64,000 nt of DNA. Source: Desulfobacterales bacterium (GTDB taxonomy: Bacteria > Desulfobacterota > Desulfobacteria > Desulfobacterales > UBA2174). The notes under the pieces are model-generated. The model was not told where the DNA came from, searched no databases, and worked only from the letters and a program-made list of their open reading frames with translations. The stretch lies in the NCBI GenBank assembly GCA_963668645.2, contig CAXXWC010000021.1, forward strand, positions 864,001 through 928,000, written 5' to 3'. The position numbers and the translations under genes are program-made. Shown here piece by piece: positions 48,169 through 62,564 of this stretch (position 1 is its first letter; every line of letters begins with the position of its first letter).

Positions 48169-48336
48169 CGCTATGAATCGTTTTTCTGAAAATAAGGGAG
48201 TGCAGCGTCGTCGGCTGGTCACCGATACCACTGCCCGCAATACGATAAGGGCAATCTCCGGCAACTTTTCGAAGCTGAAACAATTCCGGATCCAACCGGC
48301 CGCCGGCATCCGGGGCTTTCAGATACGGATACCTCG

Positions 48337-48939
<603 letters not shown>

Positions 48940-48940
48940 G

Positions 48941-52495
<3,555 letters not shown>

Positions 52496-52689
52496 AACGT
52501 TACGGCTTCGATACCGATGGGGATCCTTTCAAAAACAAAACCTTCCGGCTGTTTCCATCCGAGGCCATGCACCGGGTCATTGAAAATGACTGGCACATGC
52601 CGTTTTTCATTTTTATCAAAGATACTTCTCCTTAGGGGGTTCCTGCAACACCGATTTCGCGTGGTGATAGCCGTGCGCCTGATGCGGTG

Positions 52690-53209
52690 GCAATCCGATT
52701 TGCTCCACCCGATCCGGGACAGCCACTGGGCTGCCTCCCGGACGATTTCCGGTCCGACACCCATGATGCACAGCCCTTCGAGAACGGTGGCGTGCGGGCA
52801 CAGCCGCCTGATGTCGGCAACGGTCCGCCCCTTGCCACCGCCGCCGTGGGTGACGAACGGGGCGATGGTCTTGCCGGAAAAATCGTGGCCGGTCGGGGAA
52901 GGCCTGCACCGGTGGGGCGATGGTGCTCCATCAGTTCGGTAAGCCGACGAAGATGGTGTCGCAGGGCGCGATCGATGCGACCGTCGTCACCAGGGCCGGC
53001 ATGAATCCGGTCTGAAGCTCCTGTTTGGCCTGTTTCACTACCGCATCGTAGTCGCGGCGGTTGGGCGCCCGGGGCTGGATTTCGACGATGTCGCCGCCGG
53101 TCGCCGCCTGGATCCGGCCGGCCAAAGCGCGCGTGTTGCCGGAGTGCGAGTAGAAGATGACCATGGCCTTTGCCGCGTCGCCGGATGCCTGTTTTGCCGC
53201 TACGTTCAT
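52690..53209 (-). pseudogene. Flavodoxin pseudogene
   Basis: FYSHSGNT...IFVGLPN*W (TGA at 52931), then frameshift to DFSGKTIAPFVTHGGGG. Confidence 0.8.
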
Positions 53210-53499
53210 TTTGTCACCGTTGCGTCTGGGCTTTTTCGTTTGCCCGATCCTCCTTGGGGGGATCGGCCTTGTCCGTGCCCCGCGACCGCCGCGCATCCCT
53301 TCCTGGACCCAACGAAACCGGCGGCCGCAGGGTATTTTCATGCCGTGCATCAAGCATTTCGAAGCGTATCCATACCCTGAAATTCCGATCGGCCGGTAGA
53401 CCGATCCTGCGCGATACTTGCCCGGTCGGACAAACTTTGCGGCGGGGATTTGCCGGCCTGTGCCGGGGCGCGGCGGCCGGCAACGAAAGCATCGATGGC

Positions 53500-54381
53500 T
53501 CACATTGAACGATTGGCCTGCATCGTGTGATTGGATATGGCGTCGACTAGGGTTGGCCAGGCTTCTTTGGGCAGGTCGTGGCCCATTCCTTCAACGATCA
53601 TTAATTTTGCTCCCGGTATCAACCGTGCGGTTTCCCTGCCGCCTTCCAGGGACATGAACGGGTCCTTGTCGCCATGGATGACGAGGGTCGGGGCTTTGAT
53701 CGATGCGATCGATTCCCGGGGGTAGCCGTGGGCAAGGACGGCCGCGCTCTGGCGGGCCATGCCTTGGGGGTAATACGAACGGTCGTAGCTTTCGGCCATG
53801 ATAGACCGTAGCCGTTCTTCGTCGAATGGAAAGCCAGGACTCCAGAGCTTTTTCCACATCCCCACGTAATGCTCGACATAAGCTTCGCGTTCGTTCGGAA
53901 CAGGTTTATAGACTTCGGCCAGGATATCCGGCGCTATTTGCGGAAGTTCAGGATTCCCGGTGCTCGACATGATGGACGTCAGGCTCAGGACACGTTCGCA
54001 ATGCCGATACGAAACGACCTGGGCGATCATACCACCCACGGACGCGCCGCAGATATGCGCTTTTTCAATGCCCAGGGCATCGAGCAGCCCAACGGCATCG
54101 TCCGCCATATCCGCAAGGGTGTAAGCCGGGATTACCGGTTCACCTTTCATTGCCGCCAGCATATCGGGAATGCCGGCGTTTTCGAACTTTGTCGACAAGC
54201 CGACGTCTCGGTTGTCGAAGCGGATTACAAGGTGCCCTCTTTGGGCCAACAGTTCGCAGAACCCGACTTCCCAGTAAATCATCTGGCTCCCGCCGCCCAT
54301 GATCAACAATAATGCGGGAGATGATCTGTCGCCGAAAGTATCGTACTCGATTTGGATCCCATTGGCGGTTACATTTGGCAT
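53500..54381 (-). CDS. Alpha/beta hydrolase
   Basis: RFDNRDVGLS, GASVGG nucleophile elbow, IHGDKDP, GMGHDLP. Confidence 0.92.
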   Translation of the reverse strand: MPNVTANGIQIEYDTFGDRSSPALLLIMGGGSQMIYWEVGFCELLAQRGHLVIRFDNRDVGLSTKFENAGIPDMLAAMKGEPVIPAYTLADMADDAVGLLDALGIEKAHICGASVGGMIAQVVSYRHCERVLSLTSIMSSTGNPELPQIAPDILAEVYKPVPNEREAYVEHYVGMWKKLWSPGFPFDEERLRSIMAESYDRSYYPQGMARQSAAVLAHGYPRESIASIKAPTLVIHGDKDPFMSLEGGRETARLIPGAKLMIVEGMGHDLPKEAWPTLVDAISNHTMQANRSM

Positions 54382-54589
54382 GGCATTTTCCGTCCCATGG
54401 CGTGGTTCTCGTTCGCTTTCGCCCCCTGAAGGACCACAGAAAGAGGCCTTTCAGATTTTATAGCATAATATCAGCGTAATTCTTGCAAGTCAACACAACA
54501 AACCATTGATTACAATATATATATTTGTTGCAAGGCACGAGACGGGTATGGCATAAACGTCCATATCGCAGAATCGATTCCCGGCAAAT

Positions 54590-55233
54590 GGACGATGCGA
54601 GTCCCCTTCGCAGATTTTCGCTGCGGGGTAGCCCCAGTGTTCGAAGTAGGCGCCGACCCCCAGGGGGCAGACCACCTGTTTGACCTTCGATAGAATCGCG
54701 GTCACCGTCGCATGGTCCAGGTGATCCCAGTGGCCGTGGGAGACGAGCAGAAGGTCGATTGGCGGCATGTCTTCGGCGCCGTAGATGCTGGTGCCGGAAA
54801 AGGCCGTGTTCATGAACGAAAAAGGTGCCGCGTAGTCGCTGAAAACCGGGTCGACCAGAATCCGTTTGCCGCTGATCTGGGCGAACCAGGAGGAATGGCC
54901 CAGCCAGACCACGGTATCGGCGTCGGGGGCCAGCGCCTTCAAGTCCGTTTTCACGGCCGGCAGCGGCGTATCCGGCGCCAGCCGCGCGCTCCTGTCAAAA
55001 TAGATACTCCAGAGCACCGAGACCATCCCGACGTCCTGCGAAAACTTCGGCGTGGGGATCTCGTTGTGGAACTTTCCGTCCCTGTAACTGGGCGACCGTT
55101 CGATACGGGCGAGCCGATCGCCCTGCGGCAGCGCCCCGAACCGGGGGTGCTTGACGACGGCGCAGGCGGCCAGAAAAAGGCAGATCGCGGCAGCAGCCAG
55201 ACAACCGAGTGATAGATACAGCGTTGCTTTCAT
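54590..55233 (-). pseudogene. MBL-fold metallo-hydrolase (RomA/NAPE-PLD-like), 3'-truncated
   Basis: WLGHSS, ILVDPVFS, SHGHWDHLD; homology ends at CEGD, C-terminal metal ligands absent. Confidence 0.75.
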
Positions 55234-55262
55234 ATTTCGCCCGTCACTGTCGCCGAGAGTTT

Positions 55263-55465
55263 CTATGCGGCTTTCCCCATGGTGTACGCCTGGTTCATGG
55301 CCTGGGTACCCTTGACAGCGCCGGCGTCCCAGACGCCGGTTCTGGATCTTCTCGACATCGTGGCCGGCCTCGATCGCGCCTCGCACGAATTCATCGCAGA
55401 GAAGATCTGAGTTGCCGCCCTTTTTGGGATTTGCCGACACCAGGAGTACCTTCTTACTCGTGGCG
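55263..55465 (-). pseudogene. Flavodoxin/FMN reductase-family remnant with large internal deletion
   Basis: KKVLLVSANPKKGGNSDLLCDEFVRGAIEAGHDVEKI joined directly to C-terminal TGVWDAGAVKGTQAMNQAYTMGKAA*. Confidence 0.75.
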
Positions 55466-55617
55466 TTTCTGGGTTGTGGTTTGTCATTTCAATTCGATCC
55501 TGAGGAAAATCCGGGCATCGAGCGTATCCATGACCGAAAGGGCCGCGTTGATCCTGCCGAGGGTCACAAGATTGCCGAACTGCTGGGAGACCTCCTGTCG
55601 TCGGTGCGGCCCCATGC

Positions 55618-56346
55618 CACAAGGTCGGTTTCCTGGGCGGCGAGAAGTTCCGGTACGACGCGCGTCACTATCTTGTGACCTCAGTGACCATGCCGTTCGA
55701 ATGCGAATCCTTTGGCAGTCCGGAAGAACCCTTGCGCGGTCTTTACATCGACATCGACATGGCTCAGCTCCATGACCTGATCGGCCGCCTGGGCCTGCAG
55801 GCGAATATCCGCAGCGTCGGAGACAAAGGGTTGTCCCGCGGGATCGGTCCCGCTGTCATGGACGCGGATATGGCGGATGCAATGACGCGGCTGGTCAAGT
55901 GCCTGCAATCCGACGCGGAGGCCCAGATCCTGGGCCCCGGTCTGGTGCGCGAGGTCCTGTACCGGGCCCTTTGCGGCACCCAGGCACCGGTGCTCTATTC
56001 GCTGGCCACAAAAAGTGGCACGTTTTCCCAGGTGGCCCGAGTGTTGAAAGTGATGCAGAGCGATTATGCGAAAAAACTCGACATGCCGCGTTTGGCCGAT
56101 ACGGCCCGCATGAGCGCCTCGGCGTTCCACCGGGCCTTCAAGGAGATCACATCGGACTCTCCCATGCAGTACCTGAAGAAAATCCGGTTGACCAAGGCAA
56201 GGGATATAATGGTGAATGAAAGTCTGAAGGCCTACATTGCGGCGGACAGGGTGGGGTATGAGAGCACCTCCCAGTTCAGCAGCGAGTTCAAGCGCTACTT
56301 TGGGCAAAGCCCTGCAGAGATGATGCGCGATGTGCGGGCCGCATAA
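55618..56346 (+). pseudogene. AraC-family regulator (YqhC-like), 5' part deleted
   Basis: HKVGFLGGEKFRYDARHYLVTSVTMPFEC; MSASAFHRAFK...SPMQYLKKIRL; VGYESTSQFSSEFKRYFG; no intact N-terminus. Confidence 0.75.
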
Positions 56347-56399
56347 TATATCCAAAGCGGCATTTTTCCCCTTAAGAATAAGGGGGCGTGGCGCATATG

Positions 56400-56580
56400 G
56401 ATGATGCCATGACCCAAGGGCAGTTTGAAACAGCTATCTCTTGAAAAATCCAGCGTGAACCGCCTGTTGGACGGGCTTGAGCGACGTGCATGGATTGTGC
56501 GAACCCCAAACTCGAAAGACAGCAGGCAAAAACTCGTTACGCCGAGGCCAAAGGTCCTGGATACTGCAAACGGAGTTTGC
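56400..56580 (+). pseudogene. MarR-family regulator remnant
   Basis: LEKSSVNRLLDGLERRAWIVR...DSRQKLV wHTH and DxR motif. Confidence 0.55.
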
Positions 56581-56583
56581 AGA

Positions 56584-58155
56584 TCAGAACGGAAAGTCCT
56601 CCTGGTAATCGACCGTTTTTTCGACGGACTTTTGCACAGGCTGCTGGGCGAGCTTGTGCACCGGGTTGCCGTCGACAAAGATCGCCTTGTACGGCTTTGT
56701 GGGGCAGGCGTACTCGCATCCCCCGCAGCCGATGCAGATTTCCGGGTTGACTTGCGGGATCACGAGTTTTTTGCCCGGTGTGTTCAGGTAGGGCACCATG
56801 TTGACCGCCTTGGTCGGGCAGTGCTCGCTGCACGCCCCGCAGTTGGTGTTGTCCGTATAGACCACGCAGTTTTCGCGGATGAACCTGGCCACGCCCAGCT
56901 GGGTGAGCTTCTTGCGTTCGACATGCAGCGAAAGCAGGGCCCCGCTCGGACAGATGTTGGTGCAAAGCGTGCACTCGTAGTTGCAGTGGCCGGAATGAAA
57001 GTCCATGCGCGGCTGCATCATTCCGGAAAGACCGAATTCGAGCAGCGAGGGCACGAGCACCCGCGAGGGGCAGGTGCTCACGCACAGGTGGCAGGCCGTG
57101 CAGGTGGCGGTGAAATGGGCGACGCTCCCGGCGCCGGGCGGCGCGACGGGGCTGGTCACGCGCTCGGGAACCGTCGTCGGCTTGCCCTGGATGATTTTTT
57201 GCGCTTGCCCGGCAAGGCCGGTGACTCCCAGCAGCCAGACAGCCGAATTGAGGATAAAGCCGCGCCGTTGCGGTTGCGGGACCTTGTCGGGAACCTTCGG
57301 CTTCAACAGGCGGGCAAAGTGCATCGCTTCCCCGGGGCAATCGGCCAGGCAGTTGTAACAGCCCACACAGCGGCTGGCGTCGACCGCCATGTTGCGCACG
57401 TCGATGCAGCCGGCCTTGCAGACCCGTTCGCAACGCCGGCACCCTGTGCATGCCACCGGATCGATGCGGATTTTAAACAGCGCGATCTTCGAAACCAGAC
57501 CGAGCAGCGCGCCCACCGGACAGACCGTGTTGCAGTACAGGCGACCGCGCGATGCTGCGAGCCAGGCGACCAAAACCAGCGTCAGCATGGCGACGGCAAT
57601 GGATACCGGGGCGACCACCGCCCATCGCACGCGATAAATGGCGTGCATCCCCAACGGTTCGAGCACCATCGCGGCGATGTTGTTGGCCGCGACGGCAACC
57701 GGCCGCAACAGGCCGGAAAAGATGCGCCCGAAGCCGCTGAACGGATCGAGAAAGTTCAACACCAAACCGCCGCCTGCGAGCATAGCCAGCACCGTCAGGG
57801 CGAGGACCGCATAGCGCAGAACGTTGTGCGGCCGGGTGGATTGGAATCGGCGGCCTTTTCGCTTCCGGCGGGCCGCAAAACCGATCACGTCCTGGAAGAT
57901 TCCGAGGGGACAGACGGCCGAGCAGTAGACGCGGCCGAAGAAGACGGTGAGGATCAGGACCGCGATGAAGCCCGCCGTTCCAAAGGCCGCGATGTTGAGG
58001 AACTTGAGCAGCGAAGGGACGAACTGAAGCCAGAGCAGTCCCCGGACAGCGCCCGGGGGAAAGGCGTTTCGGAAATCGAGAAACAGGGCCGCAATCAGCG
58101 CGAAGAAGATTGCCGCGACGCCGATGCGAATCGTTTTAAGGCGGTGAAATTTCAT
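56584..58155 (-). CDS. Membrane polyferredoxin (NapH/MauN-like plus NapG/NapF-like domains)
   Basis: GRVYCSAVCPLG, GRLYCNTVCPVG and multiple CxxCxxCxxxCP clusters. Confidence 0.9.
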   Translation of the reverse strand: MKFHRLKTIRIGVAAIFFALIAALFLDFRNAFPPGAVRGLLWLQFVPSLLKFLNIAAFGTAGFIAVLILTVFFGRVYCSAVCPLGIFQDVIGFAARRKRKGRRFQSTRPHNVLRYAVLALTVLAMLAGGGLVLNFLDPFSGFGRIFSGLLRPVAVAANNIAAMVLEPLGMHAIYRVRWAVVAPVSIAVAMLTLVLVAWLAASRGRLYCNTVCPVGALLGLVSKIALFKIRIDPVACTGCRRCERVCKAGCIDVRNMAVDASRCVGCYNCLADCPGEAMHFARLLKPKVPDKVPQPQRRGFILNSAVWLLGVTGLAGQAQKIIQGKPTTVPERVTSPVAPPGAGSVAHFTATCTACHLCVSTCPSRVLVPSLLEFGLSGMMQPRMDFHSGHCNYECTLCTNICPSGALLSLHVERKKLTQLGVARFIRENCVVYTDNTNCGACSEHCPTKAVNMVPYLNTPGKKLVIPQVNPEICIGCGGCEYACPTKPYKAIFVDGNPVHKLAQQPVQKSVEKTVDYQEDFPF

Positions 58156-58160
58156 GGACC

Positions 58161-59081
58161 CTAGAGTTTGATGCGGTTGATCTTCAGCGCCCCCAGATCC
58201 ATCCGGCCAAGATTCATCCGCGAAGCGAGCGTGATGTGGCGCACGTCGGCCGGATCCATGCCGAAGAGCCGGGCCGCCGCGGCGTCGGCCGCCACGAGGT
58301 CCGTAGAAACGATCTGCGACTTCATCGGCACCACATCGCCGGCCGACACCCCGCGCGGCCCGTTCTGTTTCATCACGTTGTAGGCGTCCACCACGGTCAG
58401 CGCGGGCTTGCGGTACGAGGCAAAATCCGCGATGCACTGGTGAAGATCGTTGAGATGCCAGTACCACCGGTCCCAGACCACGCCCATGAGGTTCTTCATG
58501 CCGATGGTGAGCATCGAAGAGCTGTGGTGCTTCAGCACCGGCACGTTGATAAAAACATCCGCCTCCAGAAGCAGTTCGTGGACCCTGGCCTCGGTGAGCC
58601 GTTTGCCGCCGGGTACGCGCACCGATTGATAATAGCCGCCGCTGTCGCCCGAGACGATCCTGCCGCCGGCGTCCTTCACCGCCCTTTCGATGCCGCTGTT
58701 GCGGTAGCAGCCGGTCCAGGTGTCGCAAGTATGGTCGAAGACCGAGACCTCTTTGGCGCCGGCCTTCAGGCAGTGCTCGATGATGCGCGCCACGAGTTTC
58801 GGGTGGGTGTTGCCGGCCCGTTCCGGTGGCACGTCCCAACCGATGTTCGGTTTGACCAGGACCTTGCTGCCCTTGGTCACGAAGGCCTCCATCCCGCCCA
58901 GAGACGCGATTGCCCGGTCGAACATCACCTCTGGTTCTCCCCCCTTGACCGCGACCAGATCGTACGGGGCGGCCGAGGGCGCGGCCGCGCGGGCCAAGCG
59001 CCGGACCCCCCCGAAAAGCACGCTCGATCCGGCCAGGGCGCTCCCGGCAATGGCCTTTTTCAGAAAATCACGGCGATCCAT
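58161..59081 (-). CDS. Tat-exported DUF362 domain protein
   Basis: MDRRDFLK twin-arginine signal; VLVKPNIGW, NVPVLKHH, MKNLMG. Confidence 0.9.
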   Translation of the reverse strand: MDRRDFLKKAIAGSALAGSSVLFGGVRRLARAAAPSAAPYDLVAVKGGEPEVMFDRAIASLGGMEAFVTKGSKVLVKPNIGWDVPPERAGNTHPKLVARIIEHCLKAGAKEVSVFDHTCDTWTGCYRNSGIERAVKDAGGRIVSGDSGGYYQSVRVPGGKRLTEARVHELLLEADVFINVPVLKHHSSSMLTIGMKNLMGVVWDRWYWHLNDLHQCIADFASYRKPALTVVDAYNVMKQNGPRGVSAGDVVPMKSQIVSTDLVAADAAAARLFGMDPADVRHITLASRMNLGRMDLGALKINRIKL

Positions 59082-59335
59082 GAGAACCTCCCGGGTTAAA
59101 CGTTTCGATCAACCGGTCTGCGATGGACTGCACTTCTGTATGCCTGTGAACAGGCGCCTTTGAGCCTGCCAGACCCCGCCCGGGATCTTCGAATCCGGCC
59201 ACGCCTCGCAAGGAGGCTCTGTGACTTGCCTGACAGCCTGAGTCCACCTTTCCACAAACTGTTACAATTACCATTCTCAATTGCGATGCAATATACCACC
59301 CGGCCTGGCGAATCAACACCGGCACGTCTTTGCGG

Positions 59336-61257
59336 CACGGTGAATTTGTTCTATGCCCGTGTTGCGGTCGGCCGGCAGTTGTCAGTCATGGCCAGATAGT
59401 CGAAGACCAAGCGGACGTTGCGAGCCAGTTGGAGCATTTTTTGCGCCACGCTGCGCACACCTTTGGATTTAATTGCGCTTACGGCAAAGCGGCGCAACCG
59501 GGTGATATTTTCAGGCCCGTGGCCTTTGCGGATACGGCTGCGGTCTTCGTCGAAGTTCCAGTCGATGATGTAATGGCATTTGTTTTCGATGCACCAATGG
59601 CCGCGGTTTATGGCCAGCAGGCATCGGGCGTCGGCCTGCTCGGCAGGTCTACTGGTGATACCGTAAGCAATCTCAAATGATTGTTTGCCGCTTTTTTTGT
59701 CCGTGCATCGGCGTTCGATGACAAAAGCTTGTTGGACGTGAGGAAAGTCGAGAAACTCGTTGAGTTCGGTGGTGGTCCAGATCTTGCGCTCTTCGATGCG
59801 GCCGTGGTCGGGCGGGTCGCAAAGGATGAAATCGGGTTGGCCGCGGTCTTTGAAGTACAGACCGATGTCGTCGAACAGTCCGGGCTGGTTGTTTTTGACG
59901 GTGAAGTGGTAGTGGGCGCCGCGCTGCTCGACGATGTATTCGGCGAACTTTCTCTGTGTCAGCAGGGCATCGGCGGTGATGTCTTTGTTTTCGATCTTGA
60001 TGGCATCGAGCAGGGGCTGGGCGGTCTTGATTTCGTTGGTGCGCTTGACCTTTTGGTCGTCTACGGCCAGGTTGCCGACTTTTTTTGGGTGTAGCAGGCA
60101 CTGGTGGTATGGCCGACAACGCTCATGATGTGGGTCTGATAGCCTTGATCGTCAATGGCGTTGCACATGGTTTTGCCATCGATGGCCAGGCATTGGTCGC
60201 AGCCGGCGTGGATGCTGTTCCATTTTTGCAGGGCGTCGTCGAGGCGTGCCGGATCGACCCGGATGAGCACATCGCGGATGATCGACAGACTCGGCACGCT
60301 GTAGTGGCCGTTTCGGTAGCGGCATTGGAAGCGCCGGCGTGCTTTTTGTCCGAGGCTGTTGGCCCAATCGGAGATGGCCTGGTAGCCGCGCATGCCACAC
60401 AGGGTTGCTGCGGCGGCGATGGCCAAAACGGTTGCCAGACGATGGCGTCGGCCTTGGGGACGTCGCGGATCGGGGATGTCGGCGAAAAATCGGGGCAAAG
60501 ATTGCATGTGTTGAGCCGGCAGCATGATTTTAGGATCTCCTGTTTGATAAAGCGGTGGCAGCATGGTCTGTGACAAGAGGGTTTGCGCATCGGGGCGCAA
60601 CGGTTTGACAAAAACCATTTTGGGTGAGTCGGCCGTGTCGCTGTATCCTTTGGCGTGCCGATGAAAGCCTTTGGAGTTTCCGACCGCAGTCCAGTTGTCG
60701 GCTTTATAGATGGTTCCCTTGAAGCGCGCGGGATCGACGAAGGTTTCGAGCAACAGCACGGGATGTCCGAAAGCGGCTTGCCAGTCGGCGGGCAGTCTTT
60801 TTCGGCACAAGGCCAGGATGCGCGAGGCCAGGTTTGGCAGATGCCAGTCGGGCAGGATCAGAAAACGGCTGTTGTTGGTCAACAAATTGAGCCGATCGAA
60901 CTGATGGTTAAAGGGCCAACCGATCCACTGATCGCGAGCAGCACATTTGAGGGCGGGAGCGGAAAAGCTGACCAAGCCGACCCATTGATCACCGATACAG
61001 GCCGCATATCGCAGGGTTTCACCGATTTTGGGCAAGGCGCCCAAGTAATGATGCCGGTGCATCAAGCTCTGGAAGCGCTGATCTTGATTCTGGCGAACTA
61101 ACCGAACAACGACTTGTTTGAGATACAACACATCGCCCCCCATTAACGAAAGATGACCTGCCGGGGAGCTATATAACTGAATATCAAGGGGTTGTCCAGA
61201 TGTTTTGATAACCACTTGGAGTTTAATGGCTTATCGAATCAGCACGAAATCACCATG
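59336..61257 (-). mobile_element. ISAs1-family insertion sequence
   Basis: Ends CACGGTGAATTT / GAAATCACCATG; 10-bp target duplication GTCTTTGCGG (59326-59335, 61258-61267). Confidence 0.92.
59351..61143 (-). CDS. ISAs1 transposase with N-terminal DUF4338 domain; -1 frameshift at 60080-60086
   Basis: HHYLG, NNSRFLILP, LLETFVD (DUF4338); IPDPRRPQGRRH, AIDGKT; after AAAAAAAG: TNEI, ITADALLTQ, VKNNQ, RGHWCIEN. Confidence 0.88.
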
Positions 61258-61523
61258 GTCTTTGCGGTCCAGCACCTCGCGCACTTTGACGACCAAGTTT
61301 TTCAGCGCAAAAGGCTTCAAGTCGCCACGTCTCTTCCCTCAAAGGGATGGACTCCTGAAGCGAAACGCAGATATGAATGGGAAGGCTCGTTCAAGCCCGA
61401 GGTTTGCGCATCGAACCGGATTCCGGATTTACCGTAAATTGAAATGGTTGCGGGCGGCTACTTGTCACAAGAATCACCCGGCGCTAAACTGCACAAAGCT
61501 TGCAGCCCAGAACAGGAGCCAGG

Positions 61524-62012
61524 ATGACACCGGACATAGACCACGCCCAGGTACGCACAGTGGTGCTCGGGGTCGGCAACCGCCTGCGCCGGGACGACGG
61601 GGTGGGCAGCATCGTGGCCCAACGCCTGGCGGCCTCAACACCGCCCGGCTGGCGCGTCGTGGATGCCGGGGTCGGGCCCGAAGATTTTACCGGCCCGATC
61701 CGCCGCTGGCGGCCGGGCCTGCTGCTGATCGTGGATGCCCTGGACATGGGCTTGATCCCGGGAAGCCTGCGCCGGCTGGTGCCCGAAAGGCTTTCGGCCG
61801 AAGACGGCTTTCACAGCCATCACCCGCCGCTGCGGCGACTCTGCGAATTTCTCTCACCGGCGGTGGGACGGATCGAGGTAGTGGCCGTTCAACCGGCCGT
61901 AGTGAATCTGGATCCGGATGGGGGGCTGTCGCTTCCCGTGGCCCGGGCCGCGGCCAGGCTGGTGGGGATTCTGGCCGGCACGGACATCGAGGCCATCAGG
62001 ATTCTGGGCTGA
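61524..62012 (+). CDS. hycI: Hydrogenase maturation endopeptidase
   Basis: VLGVGNRLRRDDGVG, VDAG..PE, LIVDALDMG, HSHH. Confidence 0.85.
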   Translation: MTPDIDHAQVRTVVLGVGNRLRRDDGVGSIVAQRLAASTPPGWRVVDAGVGPEDFTGPIRRWRPGLLLIVDALDMGLIPGSLRRLVPERLSAEDGFHSHHPPLRRLCEFLSPAVGRIEVVAVQPAVVNLDPDGGLSLPVARAAARLVGILAGTDIEAIRILG

Positions 62013-62472
62013 CCGGACAAGAGGACGCCTCGGCAACCGGTGCCTGCCCGGCCTCGTAGGCGCGCTTCTGGTTGATTCCCACCACGAGGTTGTCGCTGTA
62101 CTTGTCCGTGTCGGCCAGGGTAAATTCGCAGGTCATCTCGATGGCCTGCTGGGCGCACACATCGACGCACTCGCCGCAGAAGGTGCAATGGGCCAGACGG
62201 ATGAGCACACGCCTGGATTTTTTCCCGCCGATAAGCACCGGGTAAAGCTGGATGGCCGCCGAAGGACAGACCCGGGCACAGAGCCCGCAGCCGATACAAT
62301 CGTCAAAATCGTAGATCGGCCGGCCGCGGTAGGTCCGCGGAATCTGCACCGCCCGGCACAGGTCTTCTGCCCGGATCTGATCCAGGCTCACCGGGGCCCG
62401 GCGCACCGGGAAAGGGTTGGTGCGCTTGGGCCGCAGCATCTGGCTGATGATGGTGCCGATCATGCGGGTCAT
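61996..62472 (-). CDS. Group 4 hydrogenase ferredoxin subunit (NuoI/EchF/HycF-like)
   Basis: YRGRPIYD, CIGCGLCARVCP, CTFCGECVDVC. Confidence 0.88.
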   Translation of the reverse strand: MTRMIGTIISQMLRPKRTNPFPVRRAPVSLDQIRAEDLCRAVQIPRTYRGRPIYDFDDCIGCGLCARVCPSAAIQLYPVLIGGKKSRRVLIRLAHCTFCGECVDVCAQQAIEMTCEFTLADTDKYSDNLVVGINQKRAYEAGQAPVAEASSCPVSPES

Positions 62473-62564
62473 CTCATGCTCCTGTTTGGAAATTCATGCG
62501 TTGCAGCCTGGCAGATTTTCCCTTTTTAGCCCCCTCCATCCTTGTCGGCCTGCCACGCCCGGTC

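Noticed and set aside
52931..52933. TGA in the flavodoxin gene as selenocysteine
   Set aside because: It sits where Trp is expected (PNWW-type motif) and a frameshift follows, so this is a pseudogene.
60540..61143. Druantia defence system
   Set aside because: The DUF4338 domain is part of an ISAs1 transposase inside IS ends; no DruE or other dru genes are present.
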